Shown here: positions 21,044-32,079 of the stretch, piece by piece
Layout of the letters: each line of letters opens with the position of its first letter
How positions within the stretch are numbered: the stretch's first letter is position 1
From: an uncultured Planctomycetaceae bacterium
GTDB lineage: Bacteria; Planctomycetota; Planctomycetia; Planctomycetales; Planctomycetaceae
DNA: 64,000 bases
Direction: 5' to 3'
NCBI GenBank assembly: GCA_963813715.1
Contig: CAWFAK010000009.1
Span: 128,001-192,000 of the forward strand
Notes under the pieces: generated by a model
What the model was told of the DNA's origin: nothing
Seen by the model: only the letters and a program-made list of their open reading frames with translations
The model's database searches: none
Position numbers and translations under genes: made by a program

Positions 21044-22415
21044 TTGCGCCGCATTCTCTCCGCTGCCGCGGTCGTGACTTTCCTCGCTTCCGCCGGCGCA
21101 CGAGCCGACGACTGGCCGCAATGGATGGGCCCCGAACGCGACGGGATTCTGGCGCGAGGGAGGATTGATCGACAGATTCCCGCAGAAGGGGGCCAACATC
21201 CGCTGGCGCGCGCCGATCGGCAACGGCTACAGCGGCCCGGCCGTCGTCGGCAATCGCGTCTATGTCATGGATCGCCAGAAGAGGAGCATTCCACCCGCAG
21301 CGCAAACGACGGCCCCCGCAGCCAAGAGTCCCACCAGTAAGAGTGCCGGCAAGAGCCTGCCGGGGAACGAGCGCGTGCTCTGCCTCAATGCGGCCGACGG
21401 CTCCGTCGTGTGGAAGTACGAATACGATCGCCCCTACACGATCTCGTACTCCAACGGGCCGCGCTGCACGCCGCTCGTTCGCGACGGTCGCCTCTACACG
21501 CTCGGTGCGATGGGCGATCTGACGGTCTTCGACGCGGCCGACGGGCATGTCCGCTGGACGAAGAACCTGTCACGCGAGTTTCAGGTCAAGGTGCCGATCT
21601 GGGGCTTCGCCGCACATCCGCTGCTCGAAGGCAATCTGCTTTATTCGCTCGTCGGCGGGCGTGGCACGGCGGTCGTCGCCCTCAACAAAGACACGGGAGC
21701 CCTCGTGTGGAAAGCGCTCGACACGCAGGAGACTGGCTACAGCCCGCCGATGCTGTACGAATTCGGCGGCAAGAAGCAGTTGATCGTCTGGCTCTCGGAG
21801 GCGATTTATGGTCTCGATCCCGTCAGCGGCAAACAATTGTGGAAACACCCGTATCCCGAAGACGTGCCCATGCAACGGCCGGCCGTCAACATCGTCACTG
21901 CCAAGAAGGTGGATGACCTGCTGTTCATTTCCACCGTGTATCACGGTCCCATGATGCTCAAGGTGGAAGCCGACAAGGCCACCATGGTGTGGAGGGGGAA
22001 GAGCGAAAATCCTGGCAAGCCCGACGGCGCCCACTGCCTGATGGCCTCGCCCGTGTTCAAAGACGGTTACGGTTATGGCGTGGGGATGATGGGCGATCTC
22101 CACTGCTTTAGAGCCAAAACCGGCGAGAACCTGTGGGAGACGTTCGCCGCCGTGACGGGGCACCGGGCCGACTGCGGCACCGTGTTCGTCGTCCCGCAAC
22201 ACAGCCGCTACGTGCTCTTCAACGACCAGGGAGACTTGATCCTCGCCGACATCACGCCCCAGGGTTACCACGAAATCAGCCGCGCGCACGTGCTCGAACC
22301 CGTCGCCCTTGCCCGCGGCCGCAACATCGTCTGGTCGCACCCCGCCTTCGCGCACGGCTGCGTCTTCGCCCGCAATGAAAAAGAAATGGTGTGCGTGTCG
22401 CTTGAGAAGTCGTGA
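21044..22415 (+). CDS. PQQ-like beta-propeller protein (planctomycete DWPQW type), indel near 21150
   Basis: Signal peptide plus DDWPQWMGPERDG; GYSGPAV; GPRCTP; WSHPAFA. Confidence 0.9.
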
Positions 22416-22457
22416 GCGATCGTGAGGCGGCCGGCGCGAATCGCTCGAGCGCGTTTT

Positions 22458-23282
22458 CTAAGGCGCGCGATACGACAGTTTGAATTTGTGCTCGTCGAAG
22501 CCGAGCTTGATCCGTTCGACGAGCGCCCCGCGAACGTCGCCGTAGTCGGCCGTCTTCACCCAAACGCGGACGGCCAGCTGCACGCCGGCAGGGACGAAGT
22601 CGTTGACGGTGACGCTGGGCGCCGGATCAGGCAGGACTCGTGGGTCGAGCAGCAGCAGACTTTCGAGCAGCTGTTTCACGCGCGGCAAATCGTCGTCATA
22701 CGCGCAATTGATCAGCAGCTCGATCCGCCGCTCGTCCTTGACCGAGTAGTTTTTGATCACGCCCTGGGTGACCTGGCTGTTGGGAATGTAAATCTGCACG
22801 TTGTCGGCGGTCCGCAGCAGCGTGGAGAAGACGTGAATTTCCTCGACGGTGCCGGCCGAAGGACCGATTTCGACCGAGTCGCCCACCCGAAGCGGCTTGA
22901 AAACGAGCAGCAGCAGTCCGGACGCCAGGTTTGACAGCGATCCCTGCAAAGCCAGACCGATCGCCAGACCGGCGGCCGCGATGACTGCCGCGAACGAGGT
23001 CGTGTCGAACCCGATCCAACCGAGCGCGGAGATGACCGCGAAGACCAGCACGCTCACATAAATCACGTCCGAAACGAACGTCGCCACGGCCGCGTCGGTC
23101 TTCGACCGAAGAATGATCGTCCGGCTAAGCCGGGCCAGACCGCGGGCCACCCAGCGGCCGATCAGCACGATCACGAGCGCGGCGACGACGTGCTCGAGTA
23201 GCCGGAGCCCATCGGTTTTCAAAAACGCCGTAACGCGTTGCCAATCAGAGGCCTCGGCGACCTGCACAAACGGGTCGAACAT
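22458..23282 (-). CDS. mscS: Small-conductance mechanosensitive channel
   Basis: AAGLAIGLALQGSLSNLASG, KPLRVGD, IPNS. Confidence 0.9.
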   Translation of the reverse strand: MFDPFVQVAEASDWQRVTAFLKTDGLRLLEHVVAALVIVLIGRWVARGLARLSRTIILRSKTDAAVATFVSDVIYVSVLVFAVISALGWIGFDTTSFAAVIAAAGLAIGLALQGSLSNLASGLLLLVFKPLRVGDSVEIGPSAGTVEEIHVFSTLLRTADNVQIYIPNSQVTQGVIKNYSVKDERRIELLINCAYDDDLPRVKQLLESLLLLDPRVLPDPAPSVTVNDFVPAGVQLAVRVWVKTADYGDVRGALVERIKLGFDEHKFKLSYRAP

Positions 23283-23488
23283 GGGTCACTCTCCGGTTTG
23301 GATCGAAACACAGCCGACAGCGAGCTGGCGATTCTAGACTCCGGCCGAAACGGGACAAACGGGGTTGTCGGCAGGGGTCGCGTGGCTGCCGGCCGGAAAC
23401 GGCCGGCCGGCGAACCAGCCTCAAGCCCGGGAATGCCAGCGGCTTTTTCAGCCGGCTCCAGGCAATCCCGAAATGTCCGCGACGGCTC

Positions 23489-23504
23489 CGGCATCCGATT
23501 TGCA
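23489..23504 (+). promoter_or_regulatory. Sigma54-like promoter CGGCATCCGATTTGCA
   Basis: GG-N10-GC spacing with TTGCA, pointing toward the Hpt gene at 23948. Confidence 0.5.
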
Positions 23505-23947
23505 TATCTGCTCCGTCGTTCATATCGAGGTCGACGCATAAGTCGAACCTCGTGATCATTTTGATCGATCTTGTGGTCGGTTTGAGTTCATGGTGTCGGG
23601 CCAGGTTTGGAAGGGATTCGAGCAATGGAACGCTTACGAGGGCATTCGGCACCCTATCTCCCCTCGCCCCATCAGATTCGGGAGGCGTGCCGCGGCATTC
23701 GCAGCTCATGGTCGCCAGGCGAGCGCCAGTCGCGCCGCGTCGGGCGCGAGTTGCGTGGCGGGTTTTGGTCCTGCGACACCCGGAATTTGATCGGCGCCAA
23801 CAACTCCACAAGATCTGATGCTCTCCGATGCGGTCTGTTGACCCAGGCATCATCGGTCTGATTGCCAACGAGCCATCGCCCGCAGGGTCTGGTCCCGGGA
23901 GTGGACCCGTCCCGCGCGGTTCCGATAAGCTGCCGGCGAGGGATTTC

Positions 23948-24310
23948 ATGATCGCGACAACCATCGAATTCGACGTGCCCCGGGCCCTTGATCGGGTTGG
24001 GGGAGACCGCATTCTCTTAGCTCGAATCATCGACTTTGTCGTCGAGGACAGTCCCGACCTTGTCCGCAAGATCGAAACTTCGCTGGAGAGTGACGAGTTC
24101 GGAGAGGTCGAACGGGCTGCGCACTCGCTGAAGGGGCTCGTCTCCAACGTCTATTGCGAAGCCGTCCAATCCCGCGCCGTCGAGATTGAAAAGCTGGCCC
24201 GCTCGAAGAATCGGGTGGGGATCGAACACGCCCTCGAGAGCCTGACGGATCTGCTGGAGCCAATGATCTCCAAGCTTGAGGTCGCACGACGCGAGCTGGA
24301 AAACGGCTAA
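23948..24310 (+). CDS. Stand-alone Hpt protein
   Basis: FDVPRALDRVGGD...AAHSLKG. Confidence 0.85.
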   Translation: MIATTIEFDVPRALDRVGGDRILLARIIDFVVEDSPDLVRKIETSLESDEFGEVERAAHSLKGLVSNVYCEAVQSRAVEIEKLARSKNRVGIEHALESLTDLLEPMISKLEVARRELENG

Positions 24311-24452
24311 AGCCGCGCGCGGTCGGCGTCGCGGTTATCGAATCGTCACTGAGCCGTCGTGAATTCTCGTGCGCGAAGCTGGTGACATTGCGCCGTCGTT
24401 CTCAGACGGAGGCGCTCTCCTGTCACCGGGTGCCTTTCGGAGCAGTGAGCAT

Positions 24453-24467
24453 TGGCATGCGATGTGC
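24453..24467 (+). promoter_or_regulatory. Sigma54-like promoter TGGCATGCGATGTGC
   Basis: TGGCA start with GG-N10-GC spacing, upstream of the YXWGXW gene. Confidence 0.35.
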
Positions 24468-24586
24468 CAGCCTCTGTGAAGGGCCTTCAGGGAACCTCGC
24501 GCGCATTAACGATGGGTCTCGGTCATCCGGATAGAATCCAGCTCGAAATCCAAATCCGTACAAGTTCGCATTCAAGAAGGATGGTT

Positions 24587-26378
24587 ATGAGGCGATCCGC
24601 GAAATACGTCTTCAGCGCTGTCTGTGTCGTCGGTCTCTGGAGGGACGCTGTCCCTGGTGCAGTCGCAACAAGGTCCGAGTGCTCCCTCGACAGACCGATC
24701 CAACCAACTGGCCCTGGTCGACTTGAACCAGGCTCCGCCCACGGCTCCGCAGCCCGACGCGGCCGTTCCGCCTCCCGCCGGCGCCGCCACCGATAAAATC
24801 GTCGAGCAGACCCGCGGCCCGCTCAACCAGGGCTTCGCGGAAATGACGAACATGACTCCGCAGCCCGCGCCGCCGGTCGCCAAACAACCGCCCGCGCCGA
24901 TCGCCGAGGAGCCGCCCGACGTCAGACCGGATAACCCGGACGCCACCTGGGTGCCCGGCTATTGGTCCTGGAACCCCGAGAGCAGCAATTTCCTCTGGGT
25001 CAGCGGCAGCTGGCGCGTGCCCCCGCCGGGGCATCGCTGGATTCCCGGATATTGGTCCGAGGGGACCGGCAATTATCAATGGGTCTCGGGCTTCTGGACC
25101 CCCGAAGAGGTTGAAGAAACGACCTACCTGCCGGCGCCGCCGTCGTACCGCGACGAAAACGTCGACACCACAAACCCTCCAGACGCGGATCACTTTTGGG
25201 TCCCCGGCTATTGGGCCTACCGCACGCGGCAGTACGAGTGGCAGCCCGGTTACTGGAGCCGCGTCGTCAGCAATTGGATGTGGATTCCCGCGCACTACGA
25301 ATGGACGCCGTATGGCTACGTCTTCATCGCCGGACACTGGGACTATCCACTCGACCAGCGCGGCATGCTGTTCGCGCCGGTCGCCTTCACGTCGCCGATT
25401 TACTTGAATCAGGGATTCGTTTACACGCCGCAAAATCTGGTCGCGCTGAATTCGCTGGTCGACAACCTGTTCGTCGCGCCGGGATTTCAATCGTATTACT
25501 TCGGCGACTATTACGGACCTCAGTATGCGGGGTTCGGCATCTACCCCTGGTTCAACGTGGGGGTCGGACCGTACCTCTACGATCCGATCTTTGCGTACCG
25601 CTCGAGCCTGCTATGGCGCAAGGACCCGCATTGGCGGGATCAATTCCGCACCCGCTACGACCGCCTGGTGCGCGACCCCGCATTGCGTCCTCCTCGTACG
25701 TGGAGCGACTATCAGCGGCTCGTCGCGCAATGGCAGACTGCCGAACGACCGGATGGTGGCGCTGCCCTTGCGAGACGCCCTACGAGATAAGCGTTTCAAC
25801 GAGCACGTGGTCCGGTTGACCGACGCCGATCGGCGGACCTTCCGCACGCAGAACGACTTCCACCGCAATCAGGTCGCCGAGCGCAGCCGTCTCGAACGCG
25901 CGGGCATCGATCGGCAGCCGGATGCCGTCCCGGCGAACGCACGCCCGAGCGGCCTGGCGTTCGCCCTGGTGAGAGACCGGTCGAGCGACCCGGTGTGCGA
26001 CCCGAACGCCCGGTGGAGAGACCAACTACGCGTCCCGAAGAGCGGCCGGTCGGACGACCGGGTGAGCGCCCCGACCGCCCGGAAGTGCGTCCGGGACAGG
26101 AGCCGCGACCCGAAGTGCGTCCGGGTCAGGAGCCGCGGCCCGAGGTGCGTCGTGACGAGCGCGCCGAAGCGCCCCGCGCGCCGCGAACCCTGCGGTTGCC
26201 CAACCGCGCACCTGAGGGGCCGTGCGCTGAACCCCGAGCTGAAGAACGACGCGAACCCGCTCGCACGCCCGCCGTGCGTCCGGCACCGCGAGTCAATACC
26301 CCACGACCTCCGGCTCCCGATCGCGGAGTGCGGACGCCCGCAGCTCGACCCGCACCCGAGCGCGGTGAACGGAAGTAG
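24587..26378 (+). CDS. Secreted YXWGXW/WXXGXW-repeat protein with Arg/Pro/Glu tail (about 3 indels)
   Basis: WVPGYW, WVSGSW, WIPGYW, WVSGFW, WQPGYW, WIPAHY, FIAGHW repeats; RPEVRPGQEP tail. Confidence 0.8.
26076..26153 (+). repeat. Coding 30-bp tandem repeat, about 2.6 copies (RPEVRPGQEP)
   Basis: Units start at 26076, 26106 and 26136. Confidence 0.85.
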
Positions 26379-26429
26379 GAAAGTCTGACAGGTTTCCGAG
26401 GTTTTGGGCTTTTGAGAGGAGAACAGAAG

Positions 26430-27113
26430 ATGCGACTGCACCCAGGGATGAAAGCAGGCCTGTTGCTGTTGACGATTGCAGGCACGATTGCCGCCGCGAG
26501 CGGCACCGCGCAGCGCGGCACGGGCGCGGATATTACGGCCGTGGATATAACGGCGGCTACTACGGTGGCGGCTGGGGCGGCGGATATGGCTGGTACGGCG
26601 GCTATCCCTCTAACGGGTACGCCTACGGCAACTACGGCTATGCTCAGCCGGCCTATGCCTACAACGACTACGGCACGACCACAGCCAACTATGGGCCGAA
26701 CGTTCAGCCGATGAACGCCAATCAGCCGGCGATGGTCTACGGTCAGGGTGGCTGCGGCAACACAAGCACGACGGCCGCTTATCCGCCTTCAGGTCCGATG
26801 CCGGGAACGCCCGGCGGCTACAACGGCACAACTTATGAGAGCGGACCGCCGACGCCGACTTACGCTCCCGGAACACGCGCTCCCATGAACGCTCAGGGAA
26901 ACATGCTCCGGGATGAACGGTCAGCGGATGGACAACGCCAACGACCACAACGCGACGATGAACCCGACGGTCGGCGGCACTCCGCAACCCGGAACCTCGG
27001 CCGACACGGCCAACAACCACAACGCGACGGCTCCGCCGCCGGCTCCCGCTTCGGCCCCGGCTCCCAGCTCGAGCTCAAGCGATACAGCGAACCAGCACAA
27101 CACGACACCTTAG
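26430..27113 (+). CDS. Secreted Gly/Tyr/Asn-rich low-complexity protein (2 indels)
   Basis: GAGAGGA RBS, signal peptide, GYYGGGWGGGYGWYGG region, three D-[NT]-A-N-x-H-N-[AT]-T motifs. Confidence 0.65.
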
Positions 27114-27218
27114 GAGCACGACGCCGTAGCGGCTTCACGGACTTCGGCGCTCGACTCGTTGGCACAGGCACAGGAGACTGAAGGAGCCAGCGTCAGGAGG
27201 CCGCAATTCACGGATGGG

Positions 27219-27264
27219 CGACAACAGCCGTCGGCAGTCTTGCCGATGGCTGTTGTCGTTTTTT
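27219..27264 (+). terminator. Intrinsic terminator
   Basis: 18-bp stem cgacaacagccgtcggca / tgccgatggctgttgtcg, 4-nt loop, then TTTTTT, between convergent genes. Confidence 0.85.
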
Positions 27265-27287
27265 ATGCGCGCGGCCTGCGCGTCGCC

Positions 27288-29891
27288 TCAATTCATGCGG
27301 CTGGCCGGCCGATCGGCGATGGCGCGGCGGACCGGGGCCGGCAGCGGCGCGTCGACTCCCTTGATCGACCGCCAGAGGATTTCATTCAGCTCGAAGTCGT
27401 TGACCCGATCGTACTCGCTGAAATCCATCTTCATCGAGCGGTCCGCGCCGTAGGCCAGCGAGCTGTTCACCGCGTTCACGTCGATCTGCGCCGGCACGCT
27501 TTCATAGGGCGTGAGATCGGCCCGATCCGTGAAGGAGGCGAACATGGGCCGCGCGGCCGCGTCGTATTGGCTGAGCGGAGGCAGACCCAGAATCAGCTCG
27601 ATCGTGTGGATCATGCTGACCGTGCTGTACTGCGTGCTGTCGACGGCTTTGCGTTTGACGTACGGGCTGATCACCAGGCCGACCGTCCGCTGGGCGTCGA
27701 CGTGGTCGGGGCCGTTCTGGGCGTCGTCCTCGATCACAAAGATGGCCGTCTCCCGCCACGACTTGCTGTGGCTCACGCCCTCGACCAGCTTGCCGAGTGC
27801 CAGGTCGTTGCAGGCGACGCAGGCGGCCGGCGTAAACGTGCCCGGCCGCGTGCCGGTGGTGTGGTCCTCGCCCAGGCTCAGCACCATCAGGCTGGGCAGC
27901 TTGCCTTGCTGCTCGAACTGGCGGTACTCGGCCAGAAAAATGTCGACGTTCGACGTGTCGCGTTGCTTTTGCCCGGGCACCTTGGAGATGGCGTAGCTGT
28001 CGCACATGTGGCCGACGAGGCCGGGAACGGCCCCTTCCATGCGGAACTTGCCGTCCGGCTGACTGACTCGGCGGCCGTATTCGCCGTAGTTGCGATAGTC
28101 GAGTCCCGCGCGTGCGCAGGCGTCCCAAATGTAGCCGGACGGGGCCTTCGAGAGGTTGGCGTCGTCATCGTCGTCGACGCCTTTGCGGTTCGAGTAGGTG
28201 AGATGCCAATCGCGGGCCACGTAGTCGGTGTTGTAGGCCATCGTCGACCAGGGATGGCCGTCGCGCGAGACCTGCCCGTTGCAGTAGAGGTTGTCCAACA
28301 GCACGTATTCGCGGGCCAGCTTGTGATGGTTGGGCGACACCTTTTCGCCGAACATCACCAGGCCGGCATCGCCATTGCCTTCCTTGATGTCGCCAAACAC
28401 CTGGTCGTAGGTGCGGTTCTCCTTGATGATGTAAATCACGTGGCGGATCGGGCAGGGGTCGCCGACGCGGCTGGGAACGACGGTTTTTTCTTTCGTCGAG
28501 GGCACCGACCAGCGATTGATCCGAGTAGGGGCAGTTCGCGTAGACCTGGGCCGTGTATTTTGCCAGCTGCGCCTCGTCGGGAATCGGCACGATCGACAGG
28601 GCGCCGGACATCGTGCGGCCGATGTAGCGGAAGGGGACGCGGAGCGAGCCGGCCTGTTGTTGGCCTGCTGGTCGGCGTCGAGCGAACGGCCGGTCGCGTT
28701 GGCATGCGACTGCAGTCCTTTGCCGACGCCGACCAAGAGCTTCTTGCCGTCCGGCGTCACTGCGACCGACGTCGGATACCAGCCGGTCGGAATAAATCCC
28801 TTCACCTGGCTGCGGCTCGGCTGGCTGATGTCGATCACGGCCACGCAGTTGTTGTCGGCATTGGCGACGAACAGGGTCTGCCCGTCCGGAGTGATGGCCA
28901 GCGCATCGGGCGTGCTGCCTTCGGGGGATTTCGGAAACAGCGGCGTGTAAATCGTCTCGGTCACCGTGCCACCGCGCGTGTCGATCACCGACACGTTGTT
29001 GGTCGAAGCGCAGGTTACGAAGAGGCGGTCGTCCTTCGGATGCAGCATGATCTGGTTGGGGTGTTCGCCGACCGGAATCCGCGAGATCACGTGCAGATCG
29101 CTGGGGCGCACGGCCAGCACGGCGCGACCGGCCCAGTCCGACACAAACAAGAGCGCCCGGTTGTGCGAGCGAACAACATCGTAGGGCCGCCCGCCGCATT
29201 CCGCCGATTGCGTGATCTTGCCGCTGGGCACTTCGATGGCGTCGATGCGGCCGGCATTGATATCGAGCGAATAGAGCGTGTGCGAGGCCGCATCGAGCAA
29301 GAGCCCGCTGCGAAAATGATGCAGGCTGGCCCGCTCCTCGGCGCTCCGTCCGCGGTTCCGCCTGCCCGTGGCAGGTTCAGCCGTCGCCTGTTGGGCCTTA
29401 AACGGGGGGTCGAAGGTTTGACGTGTCAGCCCCTTGTCATTCACCGCGTATTGGAAGATGCGATTGCTGCCGCCTCCCGACCACCAGACGAGGTCCTGCC
29501 CGGCCGACGTCGCGAGGCCGAACCAACTTTCGCCTACGCTCTCGCGGGCCAGTTCCTTCTCGGTGCTCAGATCGATCAGCGACAGCTCGTGGCGGTTGTA
29601 GCCGTCAGTGCCGACGAGGGCGCGGCGATTGTCGGCTAGCGGAACGATGTTGAGCGGCAAGTCGGTCAGCTCGACGTGTCGGCCGGCCGGTGTGACGACC
29701 CAGCCGTTGGGAAGCACGAAGCCCTTGTCACTGGGCCCGGCCGTCTGCGGTGGAGCGGCGGAGGTCATTCCGCCGGCGGCCGCGATGATGCACGCGCAGA
29801 ACATCAGGCGGGCGCAGAACGCCGCTGGGCAGCCAACGGCCGAAACGAGCGAAAGCGACCCGCACAAGTGCTGAGCAAACTGCGACGTCAT
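27288..29891 (-). CDS. YncE/YVTN beta-propeller fused to phosphoesterase (alkaline-phosphatase superfamily); compensating indels ~28490-28650
   Basis: LPNGWVVTPAG, GFIPTGWYP, HVIYIIKENRTYDQVFGD, EDDAQNGPDHVD. Confidence 0.9.
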   Translation of the reverse strand: MTSQFAQHLCGSLSLVSAVGCPAAFCARLMFCACIIAAAGGMTSAAPPQTAGPSDKGFVLPNGWVVTPAGRHVELTDLPLNIVPLADNRRALVGTDGYNRHELSLIDLSTEKELARESVGESWFGLATSAGQDLVWWSGGGSNRIFQYAVNDKGLTRQTFDPPFKAQQATAEPATGRRNRGRSAEERASLHHFRSGLLLDAASHTLYSLDINAGRIDAIEVPSGKITQSAECGGRPYDVVRSHNRALLFVSDWAGRAVLAVRPSDLHVISRIPVGEHPNQIMLHPKDDRLFVTCASTNNVSVIDTRGGTVTETIYTPLFPKSPEGSTPDALAITPDGQTLFVANADNNCVAVIDISQPSRSQVKGFIPTGWYPTSVAVTPDGKKLLVGVGKGLQSHANATGRSLDADQQANNRPARSASPSATSAARCPAPCRSCRFPTRRSWQNTRPRSTRTAPTRINRWSVPSTKEKTVVPSRVGDPCPIRHVIYIIKENRTYDQVFGDIKEGNGDAGLVMFGEKVSPNHHKLAREYVLLDNLYCNGQVSRDGHPWSTMAYNTDYVARDWHLTYSNRKGVDDDDDANLSKAPSGYIWDACARAGLDYRNYGEYGRRVSQPDGKFRMEGAVPGLVGHMCDSYAISKVPGQKQRDTSNVDIFLAEYRQFEQQGKLPSLMVLSLGEDHTTGTRPGTFTPAACVACNDLALGKLVEGVSHSKSWRETAIFVIEDDAQNGPDHVDAQRTVGLVISPYVKRKAVDSTQYSTVSMIHTIELILGLPPLSQYDAAARPMFASFTDRADLTPYESVPAQIDVNAVNSSLAYGADRSMKMDFSEYDRVNDFELNEILWRSIKGVDAPLPAPVRRAIADRPASRMN

Positions 29892-30140
29892 GAGAAGTCC
29901 CTCCCCAGCCGGGCTGGGCGTCAGATTCCGGAATAGCGGCCGCCTCCGTTCTAGCAACCGCTGCGAATTCTTTCACCGAATGCCGGGGCTTATCCACAAG
30001 AAATTCACAGTGGCCCTCGCTGTCGGCGATCCCAAGTCGAGCGCCGGTAAGACGTTGGTTCGTGCCCGCCGAGCACGGTTCGAGAGTGGCCGCGGCGGCA
30101 ATCGGTGCCTTCTTGATTTTTCGCCTGCGGCCCGCCCACA

Positions 30141-30557
30141 ATGCTCGTGCGACTCAGCGATTGGGGTGAGGAGTCGCACACGCTGAATGAGTGGTACGGA
30201 TCGCTCCGTCGCGTCGTGCCGGTTCAGAGAACGGTGCGCGGCGCCGACGTTGTCTGGATCGACCGGCGGTGTTGCCTTTGGTGCAAGATGCGCAGCTTGG
30301 TTTATTCGTTGGAATTTGAACTGGAAATGTTGAGGGCTCGAACGACGCACCGGCTGATCGTCCCCGTCAACGAGGACGGCCGGTCGCCCCATTGGCGGGC
30401 ACACGAGCTCAATAAGCGGCTCGTCGACGTCGGCCCCGGGGACTGGATCGTTCACAACCGGCGGCGGTACCGCGTCAAGACGGTTGCGCCCTTCCGCTCC
30501 CGCGAACTGACCAGCGACTTCGCCGGTCCGCGGCACGGCTTCATCCGCGAAGGCTGA
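30141..30557 (+). CDS. Hypothetical protein
   Basis: ORF fills the gap between two minus-strand genes; no recognised motif. Confidence 0.5.
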   Translation: MLVRLSDWGEESHTLNEWYGSLRRVVPVQRTVRGADVVWIDRRCCLWCKMRSLVYSLEFELEMLRARTTHRLIVPVNEDGRSPHWRAHELNKRLVDVGPGDWIVHNRRRYRVKTVAPFRSRELTSDFAGPRHGFIREG

Positions 30558-30645
30558 CGCCTGGACTGGCTGCGAATTGGTCGCAATTTGCTCGCGCGAC
30601 CCGGCCGGTTGCTGCGCGCGACACTCGCCGACACCTCGCGACCGA

Positions 30646-31858
30646 TCAGGAATCGAGCATCACGCCGAGGAAGTTCTTGCGGTTGCCCGCTTCGCGGATC
30701 TTTTCGGCGATCCTGGCCAGGACCTGCTGAGCCCGGCGTTCGCCGTCGAGCTGCGCGATCGAGAGTGCGTTGCTCATCTCGATGTGCAAGGTCGTCACGA
30801 TCTTGCGATACGTGCCAAACGCCCGATCGGCGTCTAGAAAACCGTCGAAGTGCCGGCGAGGCGCGATGTACTTTTCGTACGTCTCCTCGAACCAGCGCCG
30901 CTGCCCGGCTGAGCTGGTGTAGCCGATGTCGTGCGCTTTGACGCACTTCCACAGCCGGTTGGTGCAATCCCGGAGCATCCGGCGGGCCTGCTGCCAGTCT
31001 TTCTTTTCCTGGTTGTTGGAATGCACGCGTTCGGGACCGGTGAGGTCGCGATTGAGAGTTTTGAGCCGCCCCATCATGTCGAGCAACTGCTGCCGCAACC
31101 GGGCCAGATCTTTCTCGGTGTTCTTGCGACGACCGCCAGTCCTGCTCGACGTGCTCGTAAGCTTCCAGCAGATGGGCCGCCGCGGGAATCACCGGCTCGT
31201 GCTTGCCGTTCATCCGCGCGCTGGCGGCGCCCATCGGCACCGGGACCATTCGAGCGGCGGGCATTCCAGGCGCCGGCATCCCAGGCGCGGCCAGCGCAGG
31301 CAGGGGCATCCCAGGGAGCGGCATGGCGGGGGCGGTCGGCATCACGGGGCCGGGGGCCATCATCGGCATCGCGCCAGGGACGAACGCGCCCATCGGCATG
31401 CCTGGCAGCGGGGCTGTTCCTGGCGCGCCATTCACGCCGGCGACAGGCATGCCCGGAGGAAAGGCCGGCATATTCGGCAGGGCGACGGTGACCACGATAT
31501 TGGGGTCGGCCCCGGGCACCGGTGCGGGCACCGGCAAATCGAGCAGCGGATTCGTTGCGTGCGCTCCCGGGAAGGCCGCTCCGTTCACCCGCCAGAGGAG
31601 CACGCAGACAGGATCGACGTCGACCGCCAGCAGCAGCTGCCGCATCGTCCACGCGGATTGCCCGGCCGACTGAAAGGCCTCGGGGGCTAGGCGCAACAGC
31701 AGGCCGTTGGGGACGGCTGGCGGCTTGAACCAAGCCCACGCCGAGCTCGTCGGGCGGTCGGCGGCGGCAATCGGCTCCCACGCCTGCGACGGCGGACGCC
31801 GCACGAATCGCTCGCGTGGATCGGCGGCCGGATCGCGAGATACCTCAGCTCGATTCAT
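30646..31858 (-). CDS. Hypothetical protein with Pro/Met-rich linker and helical C-domain, indel near 31120
   Basis: ORF 30452..31912 (N-terminal part) joins ORF 30646..31098. Confidence 0.7.
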
Positions 31859-32079
31859 CGACGGGTCAAACTCCCCGCGGCGGACGCAACCCGGAGGGTG
31901 GCAAAACGACAAACCAAGCCCGCTCGTGCCTCGGCGGATTACGAATCAACCGTGCAACATATTTTACCGCTCACCCCCCGCACTCTCCAGGTCGTTTGTG
32001 GCCGCCGACACGCCCGGAGAGCGCAAAACCCACGAATTGTTCACGTTTTCCGGACCGCGCGTTGTGCAAAGCGGCCCGC

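Noticed and set aside
26076..26153. 30-bp repeats as a CRISPR array
   Set aside because: No spacers, in-frame coding repeat, and no cas genes.
27159..29639. 826-aa + strand ORF
   Set aside because: Antisense shadow of the phosphoesterase gene, a common artefact of high-GC codon bias; it also crosses a terminator.
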